A stretch of 64,000 bases of DNA from Balanoglossus misakiensis. Its lineage: Eukaryota > Animalia > Hemichordata. Location of the stretch: positions 10,705,995-10,769,994 of the forward strand of contig CM082585.2 in NCBI GenBank assembly GCA_040954595.2, read 5' to 3'. The notes under the pieces are model-generated. The model saw only the letters and a list, made by a program, of their open reading frames with translations. It searched no databases and was not told where the DNA came from. Positions 21,301 through 36,300 of the stretch are shown here, piece by piece. The position numbers were made by a program, and so were the translations under genes. How positions within the stretch are numbered: position 1 is the first letter of the stretch; each line of letters begins with the position of its first letter.

Positions 21301-24300
21301 TAGTGTTTGATATCACTTGTACATTGCCTGTTTTTCTAGGGGTGGCTGGTTGACCTGATCAATAGGTTTGGTGCACTGGGTGGATTTCAGATTCTGCAGG
21401 AAAGGTTCCTGACTGGACCAGCGCTAAATGTACCAATTATTGCTGCATTGATACGGTGAGTTGGTGCAGTTTGAAATATTTGTGTAAAGAAGTTTAAAAC
21501 TAGTACAAAATGTCAAAATACATTAATGTGAGTTTTCCATAAATGTAATGATATAATTTGTGATATGCATTTTTTGCAGGCCATGGGGACAGTGCTATGA
21601 ATTGCTGACAGCCCATGCTGTACAGAAGCATTTTATGCCCATAATTGTAAGTAGCACAAACAAAAACAGACTTTGTGTATACCTTAATATATGCTCAGCT
21701 AAGTCTATTCATGATATCAGAGTTTATGTGACCACACACACTCATGTAATAATAATTCTGATATTGATACATGTCTAATTGAATTTTCTATTTTCCATAC
21801 ACAGGAAAAGGTACCAGGGTTTCTTGATAATTTGACGGATGATGAACTGAAGAAGGAAGCCAAGAATGAGGCCAAGAATGATGCTTTGTCGGCAATCATC
21901 AAGGTATGTTTTCCAGCTGCAGGTTAGAGCCAACTCGTACACTGTGAATGAAAGTTTCCCCCTTTGTCAGTATAAGGAAGTTGTTTCATGTGATGATTTC
22001 TTGTTTGTTCCTCCGCCAGGCACTCAAATATTTAGCATCAAGGATACCAGATCAGGAGGAAAAAGTGAAAAATTTAGAGATGTTTAGGTTGAAGATGATT
22101 TTAAGGTAAGCTCATAGTTACCTTGACTTAGTTTCCATGTTTTACCTTATGTATGGTAACTTTCCAGACCACTTTGTAATCACTATCTGTTCCTTTTTTC
22201 TGTCCTCGCAGACTTCTGCAGATTTCTTCTTTTAATGGCAAGATGAATGCATTAAATGAAGTAAACAAGGTGATTGCTAGTGTGTCGTACTACACTCACA
22301 GACACAGTGGTGTGGAGGAAGAAGATTGGTTGACAGCTGAGAGAATGGCTGTAAGTATTACGCTTTAGCACTTGTGTAGTTCATGAAAATTTCCCGTTTT
22401 TCAGTATACAGTGCACGTGCTGCATTGCAAATGCAGATGGTTATAATTTTTTTCTTGATATGCAGGAATGGATTCAACAAAACAATGTGTTGTCCATAGT
22501 GCTTCGGGATAGCCTACATCAGCCTCAGGTAAGTGCAAATTATTTTCCTGTTTTGGTGTACCTTTGTTAATGTAATGGACTTGTTGTTTTGTATTCACCA
22601 GCAATTTCGGCAGTTTTTTGCACCATCAAAATATTTTTATCTTCCTGTGATTTTCCAGTATGTGGAGAAGCTTGAAAAGATTCTGAGGTTCGTGATCAAA
22701 GAGAAGGCCTTGACTATGGAAGATTTGGATAACATCTGGGCAGCACAGGTAAGGGTACTCCATCATCAATTATTTTGACATGTACAACAAATGGGAATGT
22801 TTTATAATTAATATATGAGTGTGAAATATTTTGACATTTGTTGCACTCATTGAAACTCGTCTTTTTCTCTTTTCTTCTGAAGGCTGGAAAACATGAAGCA
22901 ATTGTGAAGAATGTTCATGATCTGTTGGCGAAATTGGCGTGGGATTTCTCCCCTGATCAGCTGGACCACCTTTTTGAATGCTTCCAGGTAAGATTTGTTC
23001 CACAACATCAGATACAGATTATCAGAACCAGTGGTAAACTTTTGAAAGGTGCTTGACTTTTATTTTAGAGACTCTGTTGATGTGTTTATTTGTTTCCGCA
23101 AACAGGAGAGTTGGCAGCATGCCAGCAAGAAGCAGAGAGAAAAACTGCTTGAGTTGATACGAAGATTAGCCGAGGATGACAAAGATGGTGTGATGGCTCA
23201 CAAAGTATTGGGATTGTTGTGGAACTTGGCTCACAGTGATGATGTCCCGACTGACATAATGGATCAAGCTCTCAGTGCTCACATCAAAATACTGGATTAC
23301 AGCTGCTCACAGGTGGGTCAAGTTTGTGTTTTGCAACTTGAGAGTTTTGGATGTAAGGTCACGAAGGTGGCATACTGTGTAATGAAAAGTTGCAGAAAAT
23401 ATGCCTTGGTATGATGGTATCATTGTTGGATGAAAATATCATAGTTGGATGACACTTCACCGTTTTCTTGTATTTCAGGATCGTGATGCTCAGAAGACAC
23501 ATTGGATTGACCGTTTCGTGGAAGAGTTGCGGAATGACAAGTGGGTTATACCAGCATTGAAACAGATCCGAGAAATCTGCCAGTTGTTCCCAGAGGTAAA
23601 TCTCTATTTCTAGGCTGTGGTATACCTTTGTCTCCAAAGTTCAATACAAATAATTTGATATTTTTCAAAGAATGAATCCTGTGAACAATCCTCCAGAGCA
23701 AATTGTTTATTGGATCATCTGCACTGGGTTTGATACTGTGGCTTTAAATCATAATGTAATTATTTTGTGTTCTTTTTCAGGCACCCCAGAATTACAGTCA
23801 CACTCAACGTAGTCCCCATGCCCACTACAGACATGACGTGATCAACATGTTACAGCAGAGTCATTCCTTGGTCACCCTGGTTGCTGAGAATCTATCCAAC
23901 TATATGGCTACAGCTAGACAAATTGCCAAAGGTAAGTAGATCATGGGAGAGAGGGATGACTAGTTTTATATAAGGAATTGCAGTCTGACAAGTTTGCACA
24001 TCTGTGACTTTTTTCAACTGACTTGTCTGATGTATTTTTTTTACCCCAGAACACCCAAACTATGATCCAACAGACCTACTACCTGGGATTAGATACAGCC
24101 ATGTACAGCAAGTTCAAGAGAGGCTCGGTTTTCTCAGGTTTCTTCTGAAAGATGGTCAGCTGTGGCTATGTGCACCCCAAGCCAAGCAGATATGGAATTG
24201 TATCGCAGAGAATTCGGTGTACGTCAACGACAGGGAAGCATGCTTCAAATGGTTTTCAAAGGTGAGTTCATGAATGCTGTATCCACTTCAGACAAACAGA

Positions 24301-27300
24301 TTGAAAGATATGAAACACGTCAGCAATTGCATATCAAGAAAAAAGTCCCAGCTGACAATTTGATGCCTTTTTCCTTGAAAATGTAAAACTTACCCAAAAG
24401 AGAGATTTCACATTATTTCTTCGTTTTTCCAGCTAATGGGGGATGAACCAGATCTGGACCCAGATATCAATAGGGATTTCTTTGAAAATAATATTCTACT
24501 GCTAGATCCGTCGCTACTCACAGAAAATGGAATCAAGTAAGTGAAACGTCTTAATTCATTCCATATCTTCACATCTTTGATATTGCTGTGCTAGTAGTGT
24601 GGAAAACGGAAAAGGAATGTGCCCTCAGTATGTAACGCTCAGTATTTTTATTTTTCTGCCTTTTCAGATGTTTCGATAGGTTTTTCAAAGCTGTTAATTC
24701 GAAAGAAGGCAAGCTTATACCAAAGAGAAGATCCTACATGATGGATGATCTAGAACTTATAGGATTAGATTATTTATGGAGAGTTATATTGTATGCCTCA
24801 GAAGACATAGCATCTAGGGCCATTGAATTGTTGAAGGAAACTTATACAAACTTAGGACCACGCCTTCAAGCTAACCAGGTGAGATTTTGTACGCTGTAGA
24901 GTGATAGTCACAGTTTTGATTCATCCTTTCATGGAATGCAAGAATTGAATCTGTGTGCACAATTTTTACAGGCTATCAACCATGAAATATTGATTTTGAT
25001 TTTTGCACTGCTCGCTTTGTGTCATAACCAGGTGGAAATCCATGAAGACTTCATTCAGTCGTGCATGGACCGTTTGAAAGCAGCTTATGACACCATCACG
25101 GTGTTAGAGAAAGACAAGGACTCCCAGAACAGAGTACGACAGGAGACAGTGCGTATGACGCGAGTGTTGACGGTACTTCGGGAGTACATCGGTGAATGTG
25201 ATGGTGACTATAATGAGGAGAGAACAATTCTACCCATGGCAAGGTAATTCTACCCTTTCATCGCAACTGCAATCTATGCCATCAAATAGGAATTTCATCA
25301 ATATTTACACAGAGAACAGCATAATTGCATTTTGACTACAATCCAGACCATATACCTGACCACGTGATTTGTTTACAGGGCATTCCGTGGTAAGCATGTT
25401 AGTCTGGTGGTCCGATTTCCAAACCAAGGTCGACAGGTGGATGATCTAAGTGTTTGGTCTCATACCAATGAGTCATTAGCAGCTGTTAGGAGGCATGTGC
25501 TTCAAAGGTAAGAACTCATATACAAAGGTTATCACTTTATAGAACTGAAATTCATTTCTGCACCTGTTCATTTAGACAATATTTCATCACTGTGATTTGG
25601 ATTTTGTCTTCCAGGCTTAAGTGCAACCCAGCCACTACAAAGTTAGATTTATATGTAAATGGAGAGATCTTGGATCAAGCGGAAGACAAAAGGCTTGTTG
25701 GACAAGTTCCTCTCAGAGATAAAACGGTAAGCTATTTACACATATGTGAAATTATAAAGTGGTGTTTCACGACTATTGGTCAAAGGTTAAAGGTCAATCC
25801 AATTTGACCTCCCAATATCAGTTTCATGCACTGATTGTGTTTAATGACACTTTGAATCTTTCCACAGCTGATTACAGCCAAGCTGTGTCAGATCGGCGCC
25901 AATATGCCTTCATCACCCGACAGTTCGTCAGATTCATCAGCCGGTTCTCCTCATCATCCGTACGATGGTCCTAATATCGAAGCCGAGTCCTGTCTCCCTG
26001 GTGTGGTAAGTTGTTTGACAACTCATTCAAGAATAGAGATGTAGCTGACTTGATGCAATGAAACAAACATTATTGCTGTGCGGTATCTTAAATATAAAAA
26101 TGTCTCTTCCAGCTGATGGCAACTACCCAACCTCGATACGCCCAGTTTCTTTGGCAAGTTGCTGATCTGGGAAGTCAGTTAGAAATCTCAGCATTGCGAG
26201 ATGGAGCAAGGAGTCTCCTTAAACTCATGCCAGCAGGTGAGTGACACAAAATTACCTACCCTGCCACCCCTTTCCCATAGTACATTGGTCCATACTCCCC
26301 CTAGAGAACCATTGGCTGAAACCAAAATACAACATAGAATAGGTGGCACTTACTCACATGTTCCACTGTTCTTTCAGATTCCCAGTGTGTAGAGAAAATC
26401 AAGGCACTGTGTCTAGACCATGCCAAGCTGGGAGACCAGAGCCTGTCTCCATCTTTGGAATCTCTCTTCTTCTGTTCCTCGCCATCACAAGTCTTGTACC
26501 ACTTAGAGGTAAGTGAGAACTGTAATGACCTGCAAGGGCATTATATGGTGTTGCAAATACTAACAGCAATGGAATTGCTGAGCTATTACCCGTTATTGTG
26601 TTAAACGCAGATGTATTCTGACAATCTTCCTTCTATGTCTTCTTTAGGTCGTATACTCACTGCTTATGCCAGCAGGCCAGCCAATAGGGGAAGATGCCTT
26701 TGAATTTCAGGTAGGTTGGGTGAACTGACCAGTCAGAAAAAACCTTTACGAGACCACAGCTCATTGTCTGAATTACTTGCTAAATGATTCAAGGCTGAGT
26801 CAAGTTGCCATGATTCCAGTCAATGTAATCGTGTAAAATCATTTGTTTCATTCCTTTGCAGTACAACTTTGTAAAGAGTGGAGGTATGACGTGTGTTCTA
26901 AACATGCTGACTAAGAACAATTTCCTGCCAAACACAGACACAGAATCAAGAAGGTAAGTACATTTGAAAACTATAAGGGAAATTGTTAGTCACTGTTTGA
27001 AATGCATTATCCGTAATCTTATGATGTTTTGTTGAATGTATTGTCTTATAGGGCAGCATATCTCATGGTATTGAAAATTGGTAAGTTAATGTTCACGACG
27101 GCGGGATACGCAATCGTAGCAGCTGTAGCTGAGGCCTGTCAGAGTGACAGCAACCACCCTGCAACCCCGGTGTCTGTCAGTACGCACAATCACGCCATCA
27201 TGTTGCAGCAAGCATTGCAGACAGTGCCAGACCCTACGGCTGAATGTATGATGAGGAATGTGGCTATACGGTTAGGACAGCAAACTGTAGATGAGGTGAG

Positions 27301-30300
27301 AGTTTTGTGATTATCCTGTGATGATTGCTGTGTTATCTGCACATTGTCCGTTTCTTGTGCAAGACAGGCATATGGGCTTGATGTTGAGGCAACAGTAACA
27401 GGCCGATGTAATTGATAATTGTGTCTTTGTACGACAGGCCAGGCAGATTTTACCCGACATCATGGTTGTGAAAGCTGTACAGAAAATAGCCTGGGCTGCT
27501 GGAGGTGGTTCCTTTAACCTGATCCACGCCATCAATGATGAGATTCACAAGGCATATGATCGGGTAAGTTTGTTACAACCCCAGGCCAACATCCATGTGT
27601 TAGGGATCATGTCCAAAGGCAAGAGCATGCTTTCAGATGTCACAATTATATCATCATCATTTCAGATGTTTTGTGCTCAGCCTTCACCCTCATGTGAATC
27701 CCCCCCATTTCCCTGTGGAGTAATCTGGTTATTGCTGTTGAGATCAATGGAGTTGGACCAGTCCACAGCAGTGAGAGGGGTTAAACTTGTGTTGATACTT
27801 CACTCAATTTTTCTGTGGTGCGTGTCGGCCACATTTTCTTGTTGAATCCCAAAAGTATTACATAATCTTTACTTCTATTTTCCCCCTTTCTCTCAAATTC
27901 TTCCTTTCACAGTCTAATGGAGTTTTGTCAAATCTTGAAGGACATGAGTCTCAAAGTGGTGATACCCCAGAGGTACTAGCTTTCTGCCAAACTCTGGTCT
28001 TGTCCTTGTTTTGTTGTCTATTGCATAGATAATTCTCCTGCATTTCCAAATCCTTTTTTATGGCACTTCTGTTCTGAGATAGTATTATGTTCAGTACACC
28101 ATATATTTGACTAAATTGTGTAAAGATCTTGTTTTACTTATGCATGTTTCAAATATCCTTGTACATTTTCTTTGGACGTTTTTTTTGGCATTTTGTTGTA
28201 TGTTGTACTGTTTTCGTACATAACACTCAGAAACTGAAACCCTGTATTTGAAAATTAGTGTAATTTATGTGGTCACGATGTTGCTTATACTGCTGTTAGT
28301 TTTGTGTACATAATTATTCTGTTGTTTCTAAACATTTGAATTAGCAGTAGTGTTTGCATGCTTGTGCGTCTTCAGAACCGTGCCCTTGCCCCTACATACA
28401 GTAGTTTCATTTCTGTCTGTCTTTTGGTGTAACTCACTAGTTCCCTTTCCCTGATTTCTGAGCATCGAAACTATGCTTCCTTTACAGTCTGACGGAGTAT
28501 CATCAAATCTTGAAGGGCATGAATCTCAAAGTTGTGATACTCCAGAGGTACTCGGATTTTAACCATACTGTCGTCGTCGTGTATAATGTATTTGTTGTTG
28601 TTGTTGTTATTGATCCAAACAATATTGGACTAGTCACATAGGAAATTTTTTGTCCCAGTATAAGCTTTGATGACAGACAACCAAATGTGTACTAATTACT
28701 GCTGTTTTCTGGTTTCCTCATGGCATCATTTTGGAACCTACATTTTTTGATTCAGTCATTCTTTTAGCCATCTTCCACATCCTTTCTACCACTGGACAGT
28801 GCAATTTACTAATATGCATTATATCAATGTTATAGCTAACTTTTAGCATGTGAAATATTAGAAATTGAGTTCCTGAATGGATGTATGTTTTGCCTAACAT
28901 TAATCATTTTGTAATGATTGTATTGTTTCTTGCAGAGTAAGGAATTGAGACAACTTGATGGGGATGACATTACATTATGTAAAGAAGCTCTTGAAGTTTT
29001 GGCGTTGAGTTTGGCCCTGCAGCCGACTACATTAGAAGCTTTAAACAAAGACAAAGCATGGCAGTGTTTCATCATTGATCTTATCCTGTTGTGCAGAAAC
29101 AGGTTGGTTTTCAAATTTTAACTTCCTTGATATTCATCAAACCAATCAGCAAACGTGTGCTTGTGATTGTTTTCTGATGGCCGTCTCAACTGTCCTTCTA
29201 ATAACAAGATCTTTTTTTAGGAGTCTTTTCCCATTTTCACTCAAAATCAGACTTTGCATGTTAACTTTTATTTGTTGAATTTTTCACAGGACGGTTCGAA
29301 TGGCAGCAGCTGATCAGTTCCTCGTCATGGCTACCAAATGTGCCATTGGAAATCGCCCCCTGGTTTTCTTCATTACGTTGTGTTTTACAGTTCTGCAGGT
29401 AAGGAGCTGGCCTCTGTGCCGTAGACTTTTTAACACTAAGAGAATCATAGGTGCCACACCAGTCCTGTGAGACTAAGATTTGCGTGGTCCCAATAATTCC
29501 AAATTGCATTGTTTTATATAGCCCCTGTAATTCAGCACATGCACCATGTAATACTGGAGACGCATCATTTCTGATCTATTTGTTTGCAGAGTACAGCCAA
29601 AGACAATGCAAGATCGTCTAGCGAATATTTTAACCTGCTGTGTAGATTGCTTGATTTCCAGTGCAGGGCCAATGCACCCTTCCCTAATTCTGAGGCCCTG
29701 CTCAATAACGAAATTGAGTGGCTGAAGAAAGTTAGGGTAAGTGGAAACCTGATCTTTCTCCAAAATGTCATATATGTGGAAAGCATTGTTAAATGTATTT
29801 TCAAACTAAACTCAATTTTCTGATTAACGAGAGAAATCGAAGGTCAGCTGACTCACCATTGAGTTGAAAATTGGCATGTTGATTTCCCCTCAGAATTCAG
29901 TGGTAACAACTGGAGAGCCCATGTGCGAAGATTCCCTCTTGGAAGGTCATCTAGGGGTCACAAGAGAACTTTTGCAATTCCAAACATCTGAAAGGAAGTT
30001 CTTCATTGGTTCCAAGAAAGGTGGTTATGAACTGATCAAGGTGGGTGTTATAATCTGTGTGTTATTTTGATTTCTTCTGTGATCATTCATTCATTCATTC
30101 TTTCATCTATCCTTCCATCCATCCATCATCCCAATCTGTCTCAACAGGAACTTGTGGATGACTTCCTTTTTCCGGCATCCAAGATGGTCCTGCAGTCCAG
30201 GAAGACTGGCGACTTGCCTCCGGATCAAGCCCATCCTGTCTGCACCAGTCCACTCACTGTCATTGCAGCTTTTGATCTTCTGGTGGCCTTGTGCAAAGGC

Positions 30301-33300
30301 TGTGTTCAGAATCTAAGAACAGTGGCTGACATGCTGACAGAAATGTATTATTCTGGTAGGTTGATCTCAGGACCGTATAGTTATCCCTGTTAGATCATTT
30401 CTCTCCTGTTATCATAAGCTGCCAGTGATTGTGAAGAATTATAACAGAATTACTGTACAGTCAATAAGATTTCTGACTTCAAATACCCCTGAATATCAGT
30501 GGAACAAATGACATGTTATCAATGTAATCATTTTATTTGTACAGATCGGGACAGTCCTTTGATTGAATGGGAGTTCTTGCCACCAGTTGGTCCAAGACCA
30601 ATGAGAGGCTTTGTTGGATTGAAGAATGCTGGAGCTACATGTTACATGAATTCTGTCCTTCAGCAAGTATGTGTCCAATTGAATATTTCAATAAAATTCA
30701 TCTGTTAACAGCTTTATTTCAAATGATTTATTGCGGTGTGATGTGGTGATATGTATGCTGAAATTGCATTTAAAAATTGCCAAGACTAATTCAACTGACT
30801 GGTTTATTTCATTGCAGCTGTACATGGTTCGTATGATCCGTGCTGGTATACTTTCTGCTGAGGGGGCAGCCACAGATCTTGAAGAAGAGTTCTCTGGGGA
30901 TGAAAAGCATGATAATGAGGTGAGAATTAATGGGAAATTGCATCCCTTTCCACCCTATTTACCTGTGTATGGTCCCACGTTGTCATTGAGAACAATGGAG
31001 GTGGACCGAACTATGTTGATGAAAGGGTTAAAGGTTTTGATTTTGCTAAAAATATATTCTCAGTCTAACACACAAGCATACTTGATACTTTATAATGACT
31101 TGATGATTCCATGCTCTGTCTGCACAGACGAACATTGACCCTGGTGATACAGACAGTCAAGATGACCGGACTATTAGCAAGCAGGAAGAAAGGAAGGAGT
31201 ATGATGTTGGTGTTCTTAAACAGGTGCAGGCCATCTTTGGACACCTGGCTCAGAGTAAATTACAATACTACGTACCCAGAGGCTTTTGGAAACATTTCAA
31301 GTGAGTGTAAACAGATTCATGTTTGTATGATTGTGAAAAAAGATTGGTGTGTCAAAGGGCTAGTGTAAATATAGTAAAGTCTAATTGATCAAGAGAATTT
31401 CTGTTTAGTACAAAACAACAGTTATGTAAACCTGAAATGCCTGCCTGTCTGTTGAATGCTCCTAATTTATTTTCTTCTCCCACCAGACTTTGGGGTGAAC
31501 CTGTAAATTTACGCGAACAGCACGATGCTTTAGAATTCTTCAACAGTTTAGTAGATAGTTTAGATGAGGCGCTCAAGTCTCTAGGGTATCCAGCCATTTT
31601 ATCCAAGGTGCTAGGCGGATCCTTTGCTGATCAGAAAATATGCAAAGACTGCCCTCACAGGTGAGTAGAAATCCATGTCTCATCAATCCGGTTGACATGT
31701 GATTTTGGTCACTTACCTAGGGAGCCAAAATCAGTTGAAGATGGCATGGATTGCCAAGCAGCTCCAAGGATTTACAATGGTGGTGCACTAACATTTTGTT
31801 GCTTTCTGTGCAGATATTCAAGGGAAGAATCTTTCACAACGCTGAATGTAGACATTAGGAACCACCAAAACTTACTTGATTCCCTCGAGCAGTACGTGAA
31901 AGGGGATTTGCTTGAGGGTGCTAATGCTTACCGCTGTGAAAAGTGTAATAAAAAGGTAGGTAACCCTCATCTTCTGTTTGGAATTACATCTGCTTTTTGT
32001 GTAGTCATGGTGGGGTGGGAGTGGGGGTGAAGGGGTTGTGCGATATAATTTCCTGGAGTCTGTGTATAGATATTCCTGGAGTCAATTGTTTGATTTTTGT
32101 GATTTGTTTTTCAGGTTGACACGGTGAAGAGATTGTGTATAAAGAAATTACCTGTTATCCTTGCAATTCAGTTGAAGAGGTTTGACTACGACTGGGAAAG
32201 GTGAGTATCTGGAACGGGCCGGGGGATAGTACATGATCAGCCTGGACTAACTCCATGGATTGCAATAGAGGCTAGTGAGCCAGCAAAACCTATAGTATTA
32301 TTGTTAAACAATTTGTGGACATTGATCAGTTCATTTTTGTTGCCTTTACAGGGAATGTGCAATCAAGTTTAACGATCATTTTGAATTTCCTCGAGAGTTT
32401 GACATGGAGCCTTACACAGTAGCAGGATTAGCCAAAATAGAAGGTGAGTGTTATCAGTTTTTCCATTACTGTTCTGGGAAATTGGTTGAATAAAAAATAG
32501 TCAAAAGCGATACATTTAGTACCTATGATGCATGTAGGGATTTTATCTCGCTGATTCACAAAAAAAAAAAATAGTAAACCTGTTCACCATCCAGTTTTTC
32601 GGGAAAAAGACATTTGAAAGATTTGTGTCAATTTTTTTTTCAGGAGAGGAAATTCATGATGATAATGAAGATAGTAATATAGATAGTGAAGGTAACGCCA
32701 ATGTAAGTACAAAGTACAAGCTAGTTGGAGTGTTGGTACACAGTGGACAGGCCAGTGGTGGACATTATTACTCCTATATACTTACAAGGTAAGCAGTGTT
32801 CGAAACACAGTTGTTCTTCGTGGGTATGGTTGTATTCTTTCCAGTGGCTGGGTGATAGAGAGTGAAAGGGGTTCTCGTTTATGTCATGGCAGAACAAAGA
32901 ATATTTGTATAATTGGCTCGTGGTGCAGTTTAAGATCTTGTGACTGAGAAAATGACACAGAAATATTGGTCTTACCCTTCAGGAATAGTCCTGACGCTGC
33001 TCCCAGGTGGTACAAGTTCGATGATGGAGAAGTGACAGAATGCAAGATGGACGATGATGAAGAAATGAAGAACCAGTGCTTTGGTGGAGAGTACATGGGG
33101 GAGGTCTTTGACCACAATATGAGGAGGTATAGTCCCCAGTTTATACACAATGGTTCATGCAATTGCTGACTATAGTTAACAAATAGACAAAAAAACTATG
33201 AAAAGAATTTTAGAAGTGACGGAGAGATTTACTACAGAAGAGTATGCACTAGACTTTGTAGAAGTACTGTATGTGTTTGTGGCTTTCCAGTTTTCCTGTG

Positions 33301-36300
33301 GGATTTTGTCTTCAGAAGGTCTGTTTATTTTCAGGATGTCGTATAGGCGACAGAAGAGGTGGTGGAATGCCTATATCCTATTCTATGAACGCATGGATAA
33401 TCCTGAGAAGGACCTCAGCAAACAGCTTGAAGAGCTCAGTAAGTCAATTGCCTCTGAATTTATATGTGGTTGGAATATCTATTTCATTTGACTGATTCTA
33501 TCTTTAGATTTCATTATTGCCCTGCTGGTGAGCAGGGCTATCAAAAATTCCTTTTGGACTCATTAGTTGTTCTTCTGCACGGAAATCTTTAGTAAAAGGC
33601 GAAAGATTTATTCGGGCTGCAGGAAAACCAGAGTAACTGTGGGTGGTCATTGCAAGTCTATGTACGTGACATATCAAAACTCTAGCTGTGGTTGGGTTGT
33701 AGCTGCCAGCCAAGAACTGAAATTTAAATTTCATCAAATGTCAGAACACATAACTATAACCAGAAATTACTAAGAATGAAATATGTGAGATGAATTTATA
33801 TGTACAAGTATGCAGTACAACACCAAAATATCAAAAAATAAGAAAAATCCCCAGTTTTGGAGTATGGGTTATGACTGTGGCATTGTGGGAAAGGTTAAGA
33901 TTTGCATGTCATTATCTGGCATTGTTGTCAAATATGGCCGCCAGTTTGAAGGTCAGGTGACCAGGGGTGAAGTATGGAATCGGATTGCATAATTCACCTG
34001 GTCCATTTCAGTGTAAAAACAATATAGATGTTAGAGTTATACGAGATCAGATAAGATGCTGTGATTTTGTCTCTGAGGTACCAGGGAGGGCATGACCAGT
34101 AGATCCTTGAAGAAATGCTTCAGGTGCACAGTGGTGTATTGATAAGGGTCATGAATATAAATGAGTTTAGTGTGAATGAACCTGTTGGCCTAAGTCTTTT
34201 CACTGTATGATTGCACTTTCCTAAATTGCATTCAAGCAATAATAAAAAAAAATTGTTTTTATTTTCCAGAAATATGCAAAGTAGAGAACATGTTAGCATT
34301 GCCAAAGATGCCCATGTCGATAGAGAGGGCGGTTAGGAAGCAGAATATTCACTTCATGCACAACAAAACGCACTACAGTCCAGAGTACTTCCAGTTTATG
34401 AAAAATTTGATCCGTTGTAACGACATGTACATATTACCCCCACAAGGTCAGGATCATCTGGTGAGTGTGTCATTTGTACAGCAATGTTGTTCTTGAATTC
34501 AAAAATGGTTCCCTGAGCTATGCAGCATAGGAAATGTATTGGTTGAATTTCATCACTCAACACTTTTGTCTCTTTCATCAGACTACTGAAGGTGAAGAGT
34601 TGGCCACTATCAGTATTCAGATCGCATCCAAGTTTCTCTTCAATGTGGCTTTCCATACGAAGAAGACACTAAGGTAAACTGTTGCTGGTTTTAATTATCA
34701 CTGACATTTCTGTCTTCACTCAAGATGTGTTTTTGTTCAAGTCTTTCAAAGACATGTGCTGACACTAGAGAAGAAATTGAGTTGTATTTTGTTTGGCAGG
34801 CACTTATCCATAACATTTTCTACTACGCCTGTTTCTTGCAGAGGCCCAGCCAACGATTGGTATGAAGCTCTGTGCTCACTCCTACGGTACAGCAAGAACA
34901 TCCGTAGCTGGTTTGCCAACAACGTGCTCTTCGCTCACCCCTCGAGGTTTGCAGAGTATCTGCTGGAGTCACCAAGTTCAGAAGTAAGTCACAGTTTACA
35001 GTGATGATTTCCATCTATTTTCAGGACACAAATGAAATTCTGAGGATTGATTGATTGTTTGGTTGGTTGATTGATTGATTGTAATTTTTGTGTGTGACCT
35101 TTTACAGGTGAGGAACGTCTTTGCTAAGATCATTGTATTCTTAGCTCACTTCTCACAAGGTGATGGTCCCTTTCCGCCTCCTTTCCCTGGTAAGTAAATA
35201 AAACTTTGCTGAGCTTGGTACAGGGGCTTGTGCAAGAATTGGTGTATAGTACCACTGAAATGTAAAACTAAACGAGTCATAACTGTTATAAAGAATCTGT
35301 ATTTTATATTGACATGTTAGATGACAATGCTAGTTAACCCTTCAAGTTAAAATATCAGTTAACATATCCTATGTACACTTCAGAGAAAATGCAGTTTATG
35401 ACACGTTTTTGTGACAATGTTTGTTTTACAGGTCAAGTGATTGATTCCAACGCAACATTAAGCGACCATCTCCTACAAGCCGTGCTCTCACTCCTCAAGA
35501 AAGAAGTGTCGGAACACGGCAGGCACCTCACACAGTATTTTCTCCTGTTTCAAATGTACGCCAATCTGGGAGTCACGGAGGTAAGCCAAAAGCACTTGTC
35601 AAGAAGGAGACTGCATGTGATTTCAAAGAGCGATTTAAATAACAAGCATATAAGCAATCAGTCATAGAGGAAAAATTTGTGCTAAGATTTTATCGTTTCA
35701 GTATTTAATCGTTTATATTTATCTGCTGTGATTGCAGAAGACACAGCTTTTGAAGCTGAATGTTCCAGCCACGTTTATGTTAGTTGCCTTGGACGAGGGT
35801 CCCGGACCTCCCATCAAGTACCAATATGCAGAGTTGGGAAAGTTGTATTCTGTGGTGTCATTGCTGATCAGATGCTGTGATGTGTCCTCTAGATGTCAGT
35901 CGTCAACTACGGTGAGAAACTCAATCATTTATAGATTCTCCGTGTTCAACCTTTTCCCCACCCCTGTATAGGATGGAATTATTTCAAATACTTCTGTAAA
36001 TCTTACCTTCACAGAATAATCCCCCTCTACCCAATCCACATGGTGATCAACAGTCCATCATGCCAATACAACCACAAGTTGTGGAGATACTCTTTGGTAG
36101 GGCTAGCTACGTGAAGAAACTCATCGAAGATTGTAACAATCAGGATGAAACAGTACGACTACTAAGGGTAAGTTTTATGACCCGCTGTACTTCTATAACA
36201 TTAATTTGATTGTTGTTAATACGCAACTAATGCAATCACATGGTGTGAACATAGAAACTGATGGATCAAATAGAGAGAGGATTAATCAGTCTTTTGTATA

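Noticed and set aside
28153-28160. ATATCCTT as a U12-type 5' splice site
   Set aside because: It lies mid-intron, not at an exon boundary; the exon junctions I checked are GT-AG.
35001-35043. GTGATGA...CTGA in a USP9X intron
   Set aside because: Only about 43 nt, too short for a snoRNA, and no closing stem.
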